Shown here piece by piece: positions 1-9,921 of a stretch of 64,000 nt of DNA. Source of the DNA: a bacterium (lineage in GTDB: Bacteria > UBA8248 > JACPRG01 > G963555815). The stretch covers positions 4,640,001 through 4,704,000 of the forward strand of contig OZ244653.1 in the NCBI GenBank assembly GCA_965218795.1, given 5' to 3'. Within the stretch, counting starts at the first letter, position 1. Every line of letters begins with the position of its first letter. The position numbers and the translations under genes are program-made. The notes under the pieces were generated by a model, which had not been told where the DNA came from, searched no databases, and was given only the letters and a program-made list of their open reading frames with translations.

Positions 1-631
1 CGGCAACGGCGAGCGCCAGGAAGATGCCGATGTGGATCCCCGTCAGATCGTGGAGTACCGGGAAGCGCGTGGATTCGGGCACCTCGGCGGACCAGGGGTA
101 GTAGCTCGCCTCGTCCAGCATGGGGCCGTGCACCAAGTAGCTCACAATCCAGAAGGCGATGTAGTTCAACATGATGGTGGTGATGATCTCGCTGAGGCCG
201 AACTTCGCGCGCATCCACCCGGCCATGCCGCCCCAAAGCCCTCCTGCCAGAAAGCTGCCCAATAGGATCATCGGGAAGTGGACGCCCCAGGGCATCTCCG
301 GTAGGTACAGGGCGAGCGCGGTGGACGCCAGAGCGCCTATGTACAATTGGCCCTCGCCGCCGATGTTGAACAGGCCGCACCGAAAGGCCAGCGAGACGCT
401 GAGGCCGACGAAGAGCAGCGGCACCGTCCGCGTGATGCCCAGGCCGAACCCAGCGGGCGTACCGAAGGCTCCGTTCCACAGTGCGGCGTAGGCGCCGAGT
501 GGGTTGATTCCGATTCCGCCGATGATGAACCCGCCGACCAGGAGCGCAATGATGACCGCCAGGAGGGGGGAGACCACCTGGAACAGGGCCAGCAGTCGGA
601 AACGGGAGGCGGCAGAGGTTTCGGCCGTCAT
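1..631 (-). CDS. ABC transporter permease (nucleoside/BMP type), runs off the left edge
   Basis: ATG at 631 overlaps the ATPase stop (ATGA). Manual translation MTAETSAASRFRLLALFQVVSPLLAVIIALLVGGFII...GLFNIGGEGQ...AKFGLSEIITTIMLNY is hydrophobic with motifs typical of these permeases. Confidence 0.9.
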   Translation of the reverse strand, partial: MTAETSAASRFRLLALFQVVSPLLAVIIALLVGGFIIGGIGINPLGAYAALWNGAFGTPAGFGLGITRTVPLLFVGLSVSLAFRCGLFNIGGEGQLYIGALASTALALYLPEMPWGVHFPMILLGSFLAGGLWGGMAGWMRAKFGLSEIITTIMLNYIAFWIVSYLVHGPMLDEASYYPWSAEVPESTRFPVLHDLTGIHIGIFLALAVA

Positions 632-2148
632 GTCGCGTTCTCCGTGACCCCGGCCATCCAGAGACCGATGGTGAGCTCGTCCGCATCGGCGCCCGGGACC
701 TCCCCCTGAAAGCCCCCTTCATAGATCACCAGAACCCGGTCGCTCAGGCTCATGATCTCGGAGAGCTCGCCGGAGAGAAGAAGGACCGCCGCGCCCTGTT
801 CGCGCCGATCGAGAATCGTCTCGTAGACGAAGGCCGCCGCGCCGACGTCTAATCCCCGCGTCGGATTCATGGCGACCAGAACGTCCGGCGCTTCCATCAT
901 GACGCGGGCGAAGATCACCTTTTGCTGGTTGCCGCCGGAAAGGGCCCCGGCGGTGAGCCCCGGCGACGGCGGGCGGATGTCAAACCTTCGAATCAACTGG
1001 TGGCTGTTCTCCTCGATGACCTTTCCGGCCAGGAATCCCTTCCGTGTGAAGGGGTGGTTCTGGAAACGCTCCAGGTGAAGGTTTTCCCGCACCGTCAGGC
1101 CCAGCATGAGGCCCATGCCGTGTCGGTCTTCCGGAATCCGGCCGACGGCGTGCTTCGTCAGGTCCCGGGGGTTCCAGGCGCTGATGTCCTCGCCGTGGAT
1201 GCGGACTGTGCCGGCCGAAGGGCGCCGGAGCCCGAAGACGACCTCCGCCAGCTCCCGCTGCCCGTTGCCGTCGACCCCCGCGATGCCGAGGATCTCCCCG
1301 CGCCGGACAGCCAGCGACGCCCCCTTGAGCGCGGCCAGGCCGTTCTCATCCGTCACGCGGACATTCTCCAGTTCCAGGACGACCTCGCCGGGCTCTCGAT
1401 CCGATTTGGGGAAATCGAACACCACCGGGCGGCCGACCATCATCTGCGCCAGGTCGGCCGTAGAGGTCTCGGAAGTCCGGACGGTGTCCACGACCCGCCC
1501 TTGCCGCAGGACCGTCACCCGGTCCGTGACCTGCATGACTTCCTCGAGTTTGTGCGAGATGAATACGATGGAGACGCCGTTGTCCACCAGCGCCCGAAGG
1601 ATTTGAGAGAGCTCTTCGAACTCCTGGGGAGTCAGAACCGCCGAGGGTTCATCCAGGATGAGAAGGCGGGCCTTCCGGTACAGGGCCTTGAGGATCTCCA
1701 CCTTCTGGCGGGTGCCCAGCGGCAGGGTTTCCGTGACCGCCCAGGGGTCGAGGTCCAGCTTGAATCTCGCGGCGAGGGTGCGGATCTCCTCCGCCAATTG
1801 CTCGAGCTTCAGGACCGGGCTCTTCGTCTCCCGCAGGCCCATCGCCACGTTTTGGACGACCGAAAAAGGGGGGACCAGCATGAAGTGCTGGTGGACCATC
1901 CCGATGCCGTGCCGGATCGCGGCTTTGGGTGACGGGATGCTGACCTCCTGGCCGTCCAGATGGATTCGGCCCCTATCCGGGTGATAAAGGCCCGTCAGGA
2001 TGTTCATCAGCGTGGTCTTGCCCGCGCCATTCTCGCCCAGGAGGGCGTGGACCTCTCCCCTCTCGACCTCGAAGTTCACATGGTCGTTGGCGATGACACC
2101 CGGAAAGACCTTCGAGATGTCCTCCATGCGGAGGAGGGGATGGGTCAT
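628..2148 (-). CDS. ABC transporter ATP-binding protein with two ATPase domains (CUT2/nucleoside type)
   Basis: Walker A GENGAGKTT, LILDEP, ISHKL, second-half LSGGNQQK; 506 aa. Confidence 0.95.
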   Translation of the reverse strand: MTHPLLRMEDISKVFPGVIANDHVNFEVERGEVHALLGENGAGKTTLMNILTGLYHPDRGRIHLDGQEVSIPSPKAAIRHGIGMVHQHFMLVPPFSVVQNVAMGLRETKSPVLKLEQLAEEIRTLAARFKLDLDPWAVTETLPLGTRQKVEILKALYRKARLLILDEPSAVLTPQEFEELSQILRALVDNGVSIVFISHKLEEVMQVTDRVTVLRQGRVVDTVRTSETSTADLAQMMVGRPVVFDFPKSDREPGEVVLELENVRVTDENGLAALKGASLAVRRGEILGIAGVDGNGQRELAEVVFGLRRPSAGTVRIHGEDISAWNPRDLTKHAVGRIPEDRHGMGLMLGLTVRENLHLERFQNHPFTRKGFLAGKVIEENSHQLIRRFDIRPPSPGLTAGALSGGNQQKVIFARVMMEAPDVLVAMNPTRGLDVGAAAFVYETILDRREQGAAVLLLSGELSEIMSLSDRVLVIYEGGFQGEVPGADADELTIGLWMAGVTENAT

Positions 2149-2176
2149 GGGCCGGTCGCGGTCGGTAGAGGAGCCG

Positions 2177-2213
2177 ACGGGGGGAAAGCCGGGCGATGCC
2201 GGCCCTCCCCCGT
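2177..2213 (-). terminator. GC-rich hairpin between binding-protein and ATPase genes (mRNA stabiliser or partial terminator)
   Basis: ACGGGGGGAAAGCCGG...CCGGCCCTCCCCCGT imperfect inverted repeat with no clear U-tract. Confidence 0.45.
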
Positions 2214-2238
2214 GTCCGAATCGTATGGACTGAGACGG

Positions 2239-3228
2239 CTAGTTCTTCAGGGGTTTCGGAATGAACGGCACCTTGATCTTTCCGGCGATGATGTCGTCCC
2301 GAATCTTCAGCACTTTGTCCTGTATGGATTTGGGGACGTTGTGAAACTCGGAAAGATCGGTGACCCCTCCGACCTTCATCGGATTGACATAAAGGCCGGG
2401 GGTGAAGGACCCGTCCTTGAAATACTTGACGATGGGATCAACGGCGGTTCCGCCGTAATCGACGAGTTGCGTCACGATCACGGCCTTGGGCGCCACCTTG
2501 TATTGGTCGAGCCCGTTTCCGATCGCCATAACCCCCTTGTCCTGCGCCGCCCGGACAATCGCCAGGCCCGCGTGGTCGGCCACATGGTAGAGAACGTCCG
2601 CGCCGGCGGAGATCTGCGCCAAGGCCGCCTCCTTGGCCTTGCTCAGGTCTTCAAAGCTGTTGATGTACACGATGTTGGTTTTCGCGCAGGGATTGACCGC
2701 CTTGACGCCGAGCCGGAAGGCCTCCGCCTGTGAGACGATGGAAGGAAACGGGAACCCGCCGATTGCCCCCAACCGGTTCTTTTTCGTGATCATCCCGGCC
2801 AATGCGCCCGCGACATAGGCGCTCTCGTTGCTGGCAATCTGGAGCACGCGAACGTTCTTCTGCTTCCCGTCCTGGTTCACAATCCCGACGATATTGAGGA
2901 ATTTCGTTTTTGGAAACTTGGGGGCGACCTTCATGATCGGATCGCCGAACTCGAACCCCTGTCCGACGACCACGTCGTATCCCTGGGCGGCGTAATTGCT
3001 CAGTGTGGAGACGAATTTCGGAGGCGGAGTGTTCTCCGAGTAGGCGACCTTGTACCCCATCTTTTTCAGGCGCAACACCGCCTCGTATCCCGTCTGGTTG
3101 AATCCCTCGTCGTTGATGGTTCCGGGAAACACCCAGGCCACCCGCTTTTGAGCCCAGGCCTGTCCTCCTATCAGAAACGATGTGATCAAGAAACCCGCGG
3201 CCGCAATCCCTATGAGAATCTTCTTCAT
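2239..3228 (-). CDS. BMP-family ABC substrate-binding protein, copy 1
   Basis: Signal peptide (…AWA|QK), PGTINDEGFNQ, GQGFEFGD, AYVAGALAGMITK, GADVLYH. Confidence 0.92.
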   Translation of the reverse strand: MKKILIGIAAAGFLITSFLIGGQAWAQKRVAWVFPGTINDEGFNQTGYEAVLRLKKMGYKVAYSENTPPPKFVSTLSNYAAQGYDVVVGQGFEFGDPIMKVAPKFPKTKFLNIVGIVNQDGKQKNVRVLQIASNESAYVAGALAGMITKKNRLGAIGGFPFPSIVSQAEAFRLGVKAVNPCAKTNIVYINSFEDLSKAKEAALAQISAGADVLYHVADHAGLAIVRAAQDKGVMAIGNGLDQYKVAPKAVIVTQLVDYGGTAVDPIVKYFKDGSFTPGLYVNPMKVGGVTDLSEFHNVPKSIQDKVLKIRDDIIAGKIKVPFIPKPLKN

Positions 3229-3392
3229 TTCACTCCATCCTTTCCATGGCAGTATGCCTTCGAACCCTTCCGGAACTCCCGATCCGCTCCCTCGGGCCGA
3301 CCGGCGCCCGGACGATGCCGGCCGGGTATCCGGTATTCCGGGGAAGCGTCCTACGCTCCACCCGCTTCTGCGCTTCCGGTCTCAACCTCCGC

Positions 3393-4391
3393 TCATTTGG
3401 GGTTGGGACGGGGCTTCGGGATAAACGGGACCTTGAGCTTCCCGTCGAGGATGGCCTGACGGGCCTTCATCACCCGTTCTCTGATCGGCTGCGAGACGTT
3501 GCCGTGAATCTTGCCGAGGTCCGTAGCCCCTGACTTCATGTTATACCGGAGGACCCCAGGCTTGAATTCCCCGGTTTTCAGATATCTGCCCACCGGCTGG
3601 ATCCACATGCCTCCCCAGTCCACGAGGTGGGTCGCGACGACCGCTTTGGGCGCCTGACTGTGCTGGTCCATCCCCCAGCCGATGGCCATGACGCCTTTCT
3701 CCTCAGCCGCCCGAACGACGCCGGCCCCCGCATGATCCGCTACGTGGTATACGACATCCGCTCCCACGCTGATCTGGGCGAGCGTCGCCTCCTTGCCCTT
3801 CGCGATATCTTCAAACGAGTTGATGAAGGAGATCACGGCCTTCGCGCAAGGGTTGACCGCCTTGACGCCTTCCCGGAAGCCCTCGAGCTGCGACACGATA
3901 GGGGGGAAGGGAAATCCGCCGATGATGCCGATCCGGTTTTTCTTGGTGATCAGCCCGGCCAGCACCCCCGCGACATAAGCCCCTTCCCGGGCTGCCGGCT
4001 GGAGGCTGACCACGTTGGGGACCTTTCCGTCCGTGTTGTGGTTTCCGGCGTTCACGAAGAACTTGGTCTTGGGATATTTTTTCGCGATTTTCATGACGGG
4101 ATCGCCGAACTCGAAACCATGCCCCACGACGACCTCGTATCCCTGCGAGGCGTAGTTGGAGAGGGTCGATACGAACTTCGGCGGCGGGGTGTGCTCGGAG
4201 AACGCGGTCTTGACGCCGTGCATTTTCCGAAGCCTCACCAGTCCGCTGTAGGCGCTCTGATTGAAACCGTGGTCGTTGATGGTTCCAGGCAGGACCAGCG
4301 CCACCCTTTTTTGGGCCAGGGCCGGTCCCGCACCCATCCACAGGACAACAAAGAAAGCGGTGATCGATATTGTTGCGAGAATCCGCCTCAT
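3393..4391 (-). CDS. BMP-family ABC substrate-binding protein, copy 2 (paralogue)
   Basis: Same motifs as copy 1. Start placed at MRRILA (4391), which has a GGAGGG RBS and a signal peptide. Confidence 0.92.
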   Translation of the reverse strand: MRRILATISITAFFVVLWMGAGPALAQKRVALVLPGTINDHGFNQSAYSGLVRLRKMHGVKTAFSEHTPPPKFVSTLSNYASQGYEVVVGHGFEFGDPVMKIAKKYPKTKFFVNAGNHNTDGKVPNVVSLQPAAREGAYVAGVLAGLITKKNRIGIIGGFPFPPIVSQLEGFREGVKAVNPCAKAVISFINSFEDIAKGKEATLAQISVGADVVYHVADHAGAGVVRAAEEKGVMAIGWGMDQHSQAPKAVVATHLVDWGGMWIQPVGRYLKTGEFKPGVLRYNMKSGATDLGKIHGNVSQPIRERVMKARQAILDGKLKVPFIPKPRPNPK

Positions 4392-4503
4392 GTCTGTCCC
4401 TCCCTCAGACAAATGGGTTCACTTCGCGAGCCAATGCTTAACAAATGCTCAGCGATCGTCGCGCACGATGCAGTGCAATCTTGCCAAAACAAGGTATGTC
4501 GCT

Positions 4504-4546
4504 ATTCTCCACAATATTCGGTCTTGTCTCAAGCGAATATTGCTTG
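4504..4546 (-). promoter_or_regulatory. Possible sigma70 promoter with overlapping palindrome
   Basis: Minus strand TTGAGA-N17-GAGAAT with an upstream TG; CAAGC-N7-GCTTG palindrome overlaps the -35. Confidence 0.4.
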
Positions 4547-4559
4547 TGTCGGTCAGACA

Positions 4560-5639
4560 TCATGCCACCGCGTCCAGATTCTTGGCCAGAAAGTCCGCCA
4601 GGGGATGGCGGTTGACGTGGGACATGTTGTGGCAGCAATGAATCCCCTTCTCTTCGTATTGGGTTACGAGCACAGGCACGTTCACGGCGGCCGCTTCGAG
4701 CTTGTTCGCCTGCTCGAAGGGAATCAGATCGTCCTGGACGCCGTGTTGAATATAGAGGGGACAGGTGATATTGCCCGCATGATCCGTCAGGTCGATGAAC
4801 CCCATCTTTTCCTTCGCCTTCGCCAAGTCGGTCTCGCCGCAGCAATACGCGACGCCGTCTTGAGTGAACTTGTCCAATCCGTCCCAGATGCTTTCGTAAT
4901 CGAACATCGCGCCCCAGCAGACACAGACCTTGAACCGTTGGTCATGGGCGGCGCTCAAGGCGGCGTAGTAGCCTCCCAGACTCCTGCCCAGAAGTCCCAG
5001 GCGGGACATGTCCACCTGTCCGGAGCGTTCCTTCTCGAAGAAATCGACCACGGCTGAAGTGAATCGGTTGAAATCCCTGCGGATCGGGGTTTGGAAGAAC
5101 ATCTCTCCCTGACCGGGACCGTCGAACGCGTACGTCGCCATCCCCCGGTCCAGGCAGAGGCGCTCGAAGAGAAAGCTCTCTTCTTTCGTGCTTTCCAGTC
5201 CCCCGATGAGGACGACCAGCGGTGGATTCTCAACCCCGCGGGGGATTCGCAGATAGCCGGGAATGGAGAACTCATCCAGTGGGATCTCAATGCGCTCGCC
5301 CGGCGGGAAGAACAGGGGGGCGGCCCGCTTGTAGAGCTCGACCTTCTTCTCTTGACCGGCTTCCCGAAGATCCGGCCGCTCGAACATGTAGAACTGCGCG
5401 TAGTGGTAGTACATGCTGGCGCGCCAGAGCATCTCTCCGGCCGAGATGTTGCCGCCCTTGGAAAGATATTCCTCCGCTATTCGCTCGTAGCGGTCGCCGA
5501 TGTCGGCCACGACTTCATACCAATCGTCGAAGGTCGCGCATCGTTCGAGAATTTCGTCGAGATCCAGTGTCTCCAGTCCGTCGCCGAGCATGCGGCCCCG
5601 GCTGCTGTCCAACAGTTCCTGCAATGGATCTTGGCTCAA
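4560..5639 (-). CDS. Alpha/beta hydrolase, 2,6-dihydroxypseudooxynicotine hydrolase-like (C-C hydrolase)
   Basis: GGLESTKEESF, DRGMAT-FDGPGQGEMF, nucleophile GRSLGG and HCCHN, all as recalled for the Arthrobacter DHPON hydrolase. Confidence 0.85.
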   Translation of the reverse strand: MSQDPLQELLDSSRGRMLGDGLETLDLDEILERCATFDDWYEVVADIGDRYERIAEEYLSKGGNISAGEMLWRASMYYHYAQFYMFERPDLREAGQEKKVELYKRAAPLFFPPGERIEIPLDEFSIPGYLRIPRGVENPPLVVLIGGLESTKEESFLFERLCLDRGMATYAFDGPGQGEMFFQTPIRRDFNRFTSAVVDFFEKERSGQVDMSRLGLLGRSLGGYYAALSAAHDQRFKVCVCWGAMFDYESIWDGLDKFTQDGVAYCCGETDLAKAKEKMGFIDLTDHAGNITCPLYIQHGVQDDLIPFEQANKLEAAAVNVPVLVTQYEEKGIHCCHNMSHVNRHPLADFLAKNLDAVA

Positions 5640-7186
5640 TTTCCGTTTCCTTTCTTCGAATCGGTGAGGCTCCGATATTCACGTTGCAGAGGCCCGGGAA
5701 TCGGGCGCTCCGCGGTCAGGTCATCGCAGAAGCGCTCATACAAGGCGACCGCCCGATCACGTTCGGATTCTCCCGGCCAATCGGGTTCGCCACGCGACTT
5801 GACGGCTTCCAGAACTTCGCCGGTTACGTCCGCTTCGTTGACGGTCAGGACCTGGCCCTCCTCTACGACCACCTTCCCTGCCACGAGAACGGTCCGCACC
5901 GATTGCCCTCCTTCGCAATACACGAGGTTTCGGACCGGATCGTTGATCGGTACCCATGGGATCGATTTCCGGTCGAGCAGCACGAGATCGGCCGGGCATC
6001 CGGCCTGAATCCGGCCCAGGCTCTCGGTCTCCAGCATGGCCGCGCCGCCTCCCCGGGTGGCCATCGAGACGGCTTCGTCGGCGCTGACGTGCTTGCGGTG
6101 ATCGGGTTCCAGGTTGTTGTGCATGTAGCAGCCCATCCGGATGGCTTCGAACAGGTTTTGATGATCGTTGCTGCACGCCCCGTCCACTCCGATGGCCACT
6201 GGGAGCCCTCGGTCCAGCATTTTCCGCAGCGGCATCCATCCGCTGCCCATTTTACTGTTGGCCATGGGATTGTGAACCGGAACGGCCCCGGCTTCGGCGA
6301 TGAGGTCGAGGTCATGGTCGTCCACCCAGACACAGTGCGGCATAGAGACCTCCGGTCCCAGGAACCCCGCGTCTTTCATGTAGGCAATGCCGCTCTTTCC
6401 GAACCGCTTCCGATTGGCCCAGTCCTGGATGAAGGTTTCGTTGATGTGGATGTGGAAACCCGCCCCGTGGGACCGGGAGAGCTCGATGCAATCCTCCAAA
6501 AGACGATCACTGCACCACTGGAGCCCGCCGGGACCCGTCATGCACCGGAGACGGCCCTCCTCGGCGCGGTCCCACGTCCGGAAGAAGCTCTTCAGGTGGC
6601 CGAGCGTCTCTTCCCAGGGCGGGGCGTTTTCATAGCGATTCGCGAAGAAGGTATCCTCCAGAGCATGTCCCCGCTCGATGGCGTACTGCGTGACGTAGTC
6701 GGTGTCGGTGACGAGCGGGGCCAAGGCGGTCCGGATTCCGGCGTCCCGGTATGCCTTCATGGCCGCGTCCAACCGATCGGGCGTAACCCCCGGTGACATC
6801 CAGCAGTGGTCGATGACGCTGGTGCTTCCCGTCTTCAGCATCTCGATTGCGCCGATGAGGCAGCTCAGGTAGACGTCCCGGGGAGAATACACGCCGGCGG
6901 TGCCGTAGACGAAGGGAAGCCACATCTCCAGCGGCTGGCGGTCGTTGATCCCCTTCAGGAAATTCTCGGCGGAATGGGTGTGCGCGTTGATCAAGCCCGG
7001 GATGACCAACCGGTCCGTACCGGGGATGATCGTATCGCTTACCTGTTGTCCGGTGGGTTCGATGGATGAGATGGCAGCGCCGGCGATCAGGATGTCCCGG
7101 CCTTCCAGGATTTGGTCGCTATGGGCGGGATCCAGTATGGCGCAGTTTTTTATGAGCAGGCTGTCCGCCACGTCACGCTCTCCCAC
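5636..7186 (-). CDS. Metal-dependent amidohydrolase (SsnA/AtzA/MTA-deaminase-like)
   Basis: PGLINAHTH, HIHINE, PHCVW, HNP, GVDG, ADLVLLD. Confidence 0.9.
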   Translation of the reverse strand: MGERDVADSLLIKNCAILDPAHSDQILEGRDILIAGAAISSIEPTGQQVSDTIIPGTDRLVIPGLINAHTHSAENFLKGINDRQPLEMWLPFVYGTAGVYSPRDVYLSCLIGAIEMLKTGSTSVIDHCWMSPGVTPDRLDAAMKAYRDAGIRTALAPLVTDTDYVTQYAIERGHALEDTFFANRYENAPPWEETLGHLKSFFRTWDRAEEGRLRCMTGPGGLQWCSDRLLEDCIELSRSHGAGFHIHINETFIQDWANRKRFGKSGIAYMKDAGFLGPEVSMPHCVWVDDHDLDLIAEAGAVPVHNPMANSKMGSGWMPLRKMLDRGLPVAIGVDGACSNDHQNLFEAIRMGCYMHNNLEPDHRKHVSADEAVSMATRGGGAAMLETESLGRIQAGCPADLVLLDRKSIPWVPINDPVRNLVYCEGGQSVRTVLVAGKVVVEEGQVLTVNEADVTGEVLEAVKSRGEPDWPGESERDRAVALYERFCDDLTAERPIPGPLQREYRSLTDSKKGNGN

Positions 7187-7330
7187 AAGCCCCCCGAAAC
7201 GCCCTGCGGAATCTTGGAGGGATAACTCTTGCCCGTTTTCCCCTCCTGGGAACGAAGCGAGGGCATCGGAGCGGAACGAGAAATCAGGCCAATGTCATTT
7301 GTTCGGTAAGTAGAGGGCGGCTTTTGGCAG

Positions 7331-7376
7331 ATGGTAGTTCAGGGCCACAGGGGTGTCAAGCGCGATAGTTGCTTGA
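7331..7376 (-). promoter_or_regulatory. Sigma70 promoter for the leftward operon, with overlapping palindrome
   Basis: Minus strand TTGACA (7359-7354)-N17-TACCAT (7336-7331); TCAAGC-N9-GCTTGA palindrome at 7356-7376. Confidence 0.6.
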
Positions 7377-7554
7377 GCGGGACCCGCTGGGGTGAATTTC
7401 GGTTTCCACGTCTCGAAGCAGGGATTGTCCTTCTTCCATTTCATGGATTAGGATGAGGGGTTCGAAAATCGAGGCGTTATGCAAATCACCCGTGATCGGG
7501 ATAGCTCCGTCACGTGGCGATGGTTTTGACCGACTTGAGCGTGGAGTCCTGTAG

Positions 7555-9861
7555 ATGAGCGGAGTGATTGGGCAATCCCTTCCTCGCCTGGACGGCGTCG
7601 AGAAAGCAAAAGGGTCCTTCCAATATGTGAGCGATCATTTTCCGACCGATTGTCTGAAGGGAGCGCTTCTGCGCAGCACGATTCCCCACGGGCGGGTCAG
7701 GGGCCTCAACCTGGAACGCGCGCGACAGGCACCCGGAGTTCACGCCGTGATTGGTATCGGCGACAGCCCCGGGCGGCGGTACAACCCCATTTACAACCAG
7801 TCGAATCCCACGACGGACCTGTTGGTGAAGGACGAGGTGGTCTTCGAGGAGGTCATCCGCTACCTGGGCCAGCCCGTCGCTGCAGTGGCGGCGGAGAGCG
7901 CCGATCGGGCAGAGAAGGCCCTGGATCTCATCGAAATCGAGTATGAAGAGTTGCCGGCCGTTTTCGATATGGACAGGGCGCTCGAGCCGGGGGCCCCGGT
8001 CGTCCGTCCCGGCGGCGAGGGCAACATCGCGTTCGGCTGGCGCGACGCCGATGAACCCATCACGCTCCAGCGGGGTACATTGGAGGAGGGATTTGCCGAA
8101 GCGGAACACATTTTCGAGGATGAATTCTCGACTCAGCGCATCAATCAGACCGCTCTGGAGCCGCACCTGGCCGTTTCGTGGCCCGAGTCGAGCGGCCGGT
8201 TGGCCATGCTGTCCACGACCCAGTCGATCTTCGGACTTCGGTCCTGCCTCTCCGAGGCCCTCGGGATGCACCCGGGAAGGATCCGGGTCCTCCGCCCGAA
8301 CCTGGGCGGCGCATTCGGAAAGGGGCTGGACCTGGCCGTCAACGAGGTCATCTGCGCCATCCTGGCGATACGCGCCCAGAAGGCCGTCCGGATTGAGTAC
8401 ACGCGCGAGGAGGAGTTCATCGCGAGCGCCCGCCACCCCTCGCGCATCCGGATCCGGACGGGGCTCAAAGGCGACGGGGCCATCACTGCCCGGCATATGA
8501 AAGCGTGGATGGAATGCGGATCGGCGGCCAACCACGGCCCTTCGGTAGTTCTGGTGGGGGGAATGACCTTCATCGGGGCCTACAATACGCCCCATTATCT
8601 ATTCGAAGGGCACGCGGTTTATACGAATGTTTTCCCGTCGGGAGCGATGCGCGGGTACGGCGGCGTTCAGACGAACTTCGCAATCGAGTGCCACATGAGC
8701 CGGATCGCCTCCGAGATGGGGCTGGACGAGTTCGATTTCCGTTTGAAGAACGCGTATCGGGTGGGCGACGTATCGCCCCTTTCGGGTTTTCGGGTTGAAT
8801 CGTGCGCCCTTCCGGAATGCGCGAAAATCGTCCGGGAGAGGATCGGATGGGACCGGCCGGAGGCCCGGGAAAGCGCAGGGCCGGCCCGCAAGGTGGGGTT
8901 GGGGGTGGCGTTTGCGAACATGCGCAACACGGGCGTTCACGGATCGGATGACCGGCCGGAGAAGATCCTCGAATACTCGGGGGCCATCGTGAAGGTCAAT
9001 GAAGACGGCACGGTCAATCTCGTCACGGCGTCCATCGAGCAGGGCGCGGGACAGAGCATGGTGCTCGCGCAGATCGTGGCGGACGCCATCGGGATCTCCG
9101 CGGATGAGGTGATCATCGCGCCGACGGACACGGACACGGCCCCCTTCGACGTGGCCACACATGCCAGCCGCATCACGTACGTGTCGGGACACGCCGCTCA
9201 CCGGGCGGCGCTGGAAGCCCGGCGGCAGCTTGCGGAGACGGCCGGAAGGATGCTCGGCGAGTCGCCGGATGACCTCGACATCCAACAGGGCGTCGTGTCC
9301 GTCCGCGGCTCGGCCAAACGGCTGGATGTTCGGGAAGTCGCCGCGCACTGCCATTACGAAGAGATGAAGACCATCATGGGGACGGCCAGCTCAACGCCAC
9401 CGGGAAACCCCCCGCCGTTCGGAGTGCAATGCGTCAAGGTCGCTGTGGACATCGAGACGGGGGAGGTCGAGATCCTGGACATGGCGGACGCCCACGACGC
9501 CGGGAAGGTCGTGAACCCGCTGGGCGCGGAGGGTCAGATCACAGGCGCGTTCGTCCAGGGAATCGGCTACGCCCTGACGGAGAACCTGGTCATGGACCCG
9601 GATTCCGGCGCCCCGGTCAACGGCCAGATGGCCGATTACAAAATCCCGACGACGCTCGATGTTCCGACCGGCCCGGTCGTGGAATTCGCAGAAAACGTCG
9701 ATCCCTCGGGGATGGGGGTGAAGAGTGTTGCGGAGTCCGCTGCACTCCCGCCAGCCCCGGCCATCGCCAACGCCGTCTCCGATGCCATTGGCGTCAGGAT
9801 TCACGAATTGCCGATCACGCCGGAAAATATCCTCCGCGCGATTCGCGAAAAAGGGAAGTAG
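7555..9861 (+). CDS. Xanthine dehydrogenase family molybdopterin-binding subunit, copy 1
   Basis: RSTIPHG, GGAFG, AMRGYG, EQGAG, ASR, GQITGAFVQGIG, DYKIPT, KSVAE (catalytic Glu position). Confidence 0.93.
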   Translation: MSGVIGQSLPRLDGVEKAKGSFQYVSDHFPTDCLKGALLRSTIPHGRVRGLNLERARQAPGVHAVIGIGDSPGRRYNPIYNQSNPTTDLLVKDEVVFEEVIRYLGQPVAAVAAESADRAEKALDLIEIEYEELPAVFDMDRALEPGAPVVRPGGEGNIAFGWRDADEPITLQRGTLEEGFAEAEHIFEDEFSTQRINQTALEPHLAVSWPESSGRLAMLSTTQSIFGLRSCLSEALGMHPGRIRVLRPNLGGAFGKGLDLAVNEVICAILAIRAQKAVRIEYTREEEFIASARHPSRIRIRTGLKGDGAITARHMKAWMECGSAANHGPSVVLVGGMTFIGAYNTPHYLFEGHAVYTNVFPSGAMRGYGGVQTNFAIECHMSRIASEMGLDEFDFRLKNAYRVGDVSPLSGFRVESCALPECAKIVRERIGWDRPEARESAGPARKVGLGVAFANMRNTGVHGSDDRPEKILEYSGAIVKVNEDGTVNLVTASIEQGAGQSMVLAQIVADAIGISADEVIIAPTDTDTAPFDVATHASRITYVSGHAAHRAALEARRQLAETAGRMLGESPDDLDIQQGVVSVRGSAKRLDVREVAAHCHYEEMKTIMGTASSTPPGNPPPFGVQCVKVAVDIETGEVEILDMADAHDAGKVVNPLGAEGQITGAFVQGIGYALTENLVMDPDSGAPVNGQMADYKIPTTLDVPTGPVVEFAENVDPSGMGVKSVAESAALPPAPAIANAVSDAIGVRIHELPITPENILRAIREKGK

Positions 9862-9921
9862 CGGAAGTGCCGGCGGCATGGGAGAGCTCCCCGAACCGGA
9901 AATGGATGCGCCCCCGTACCC

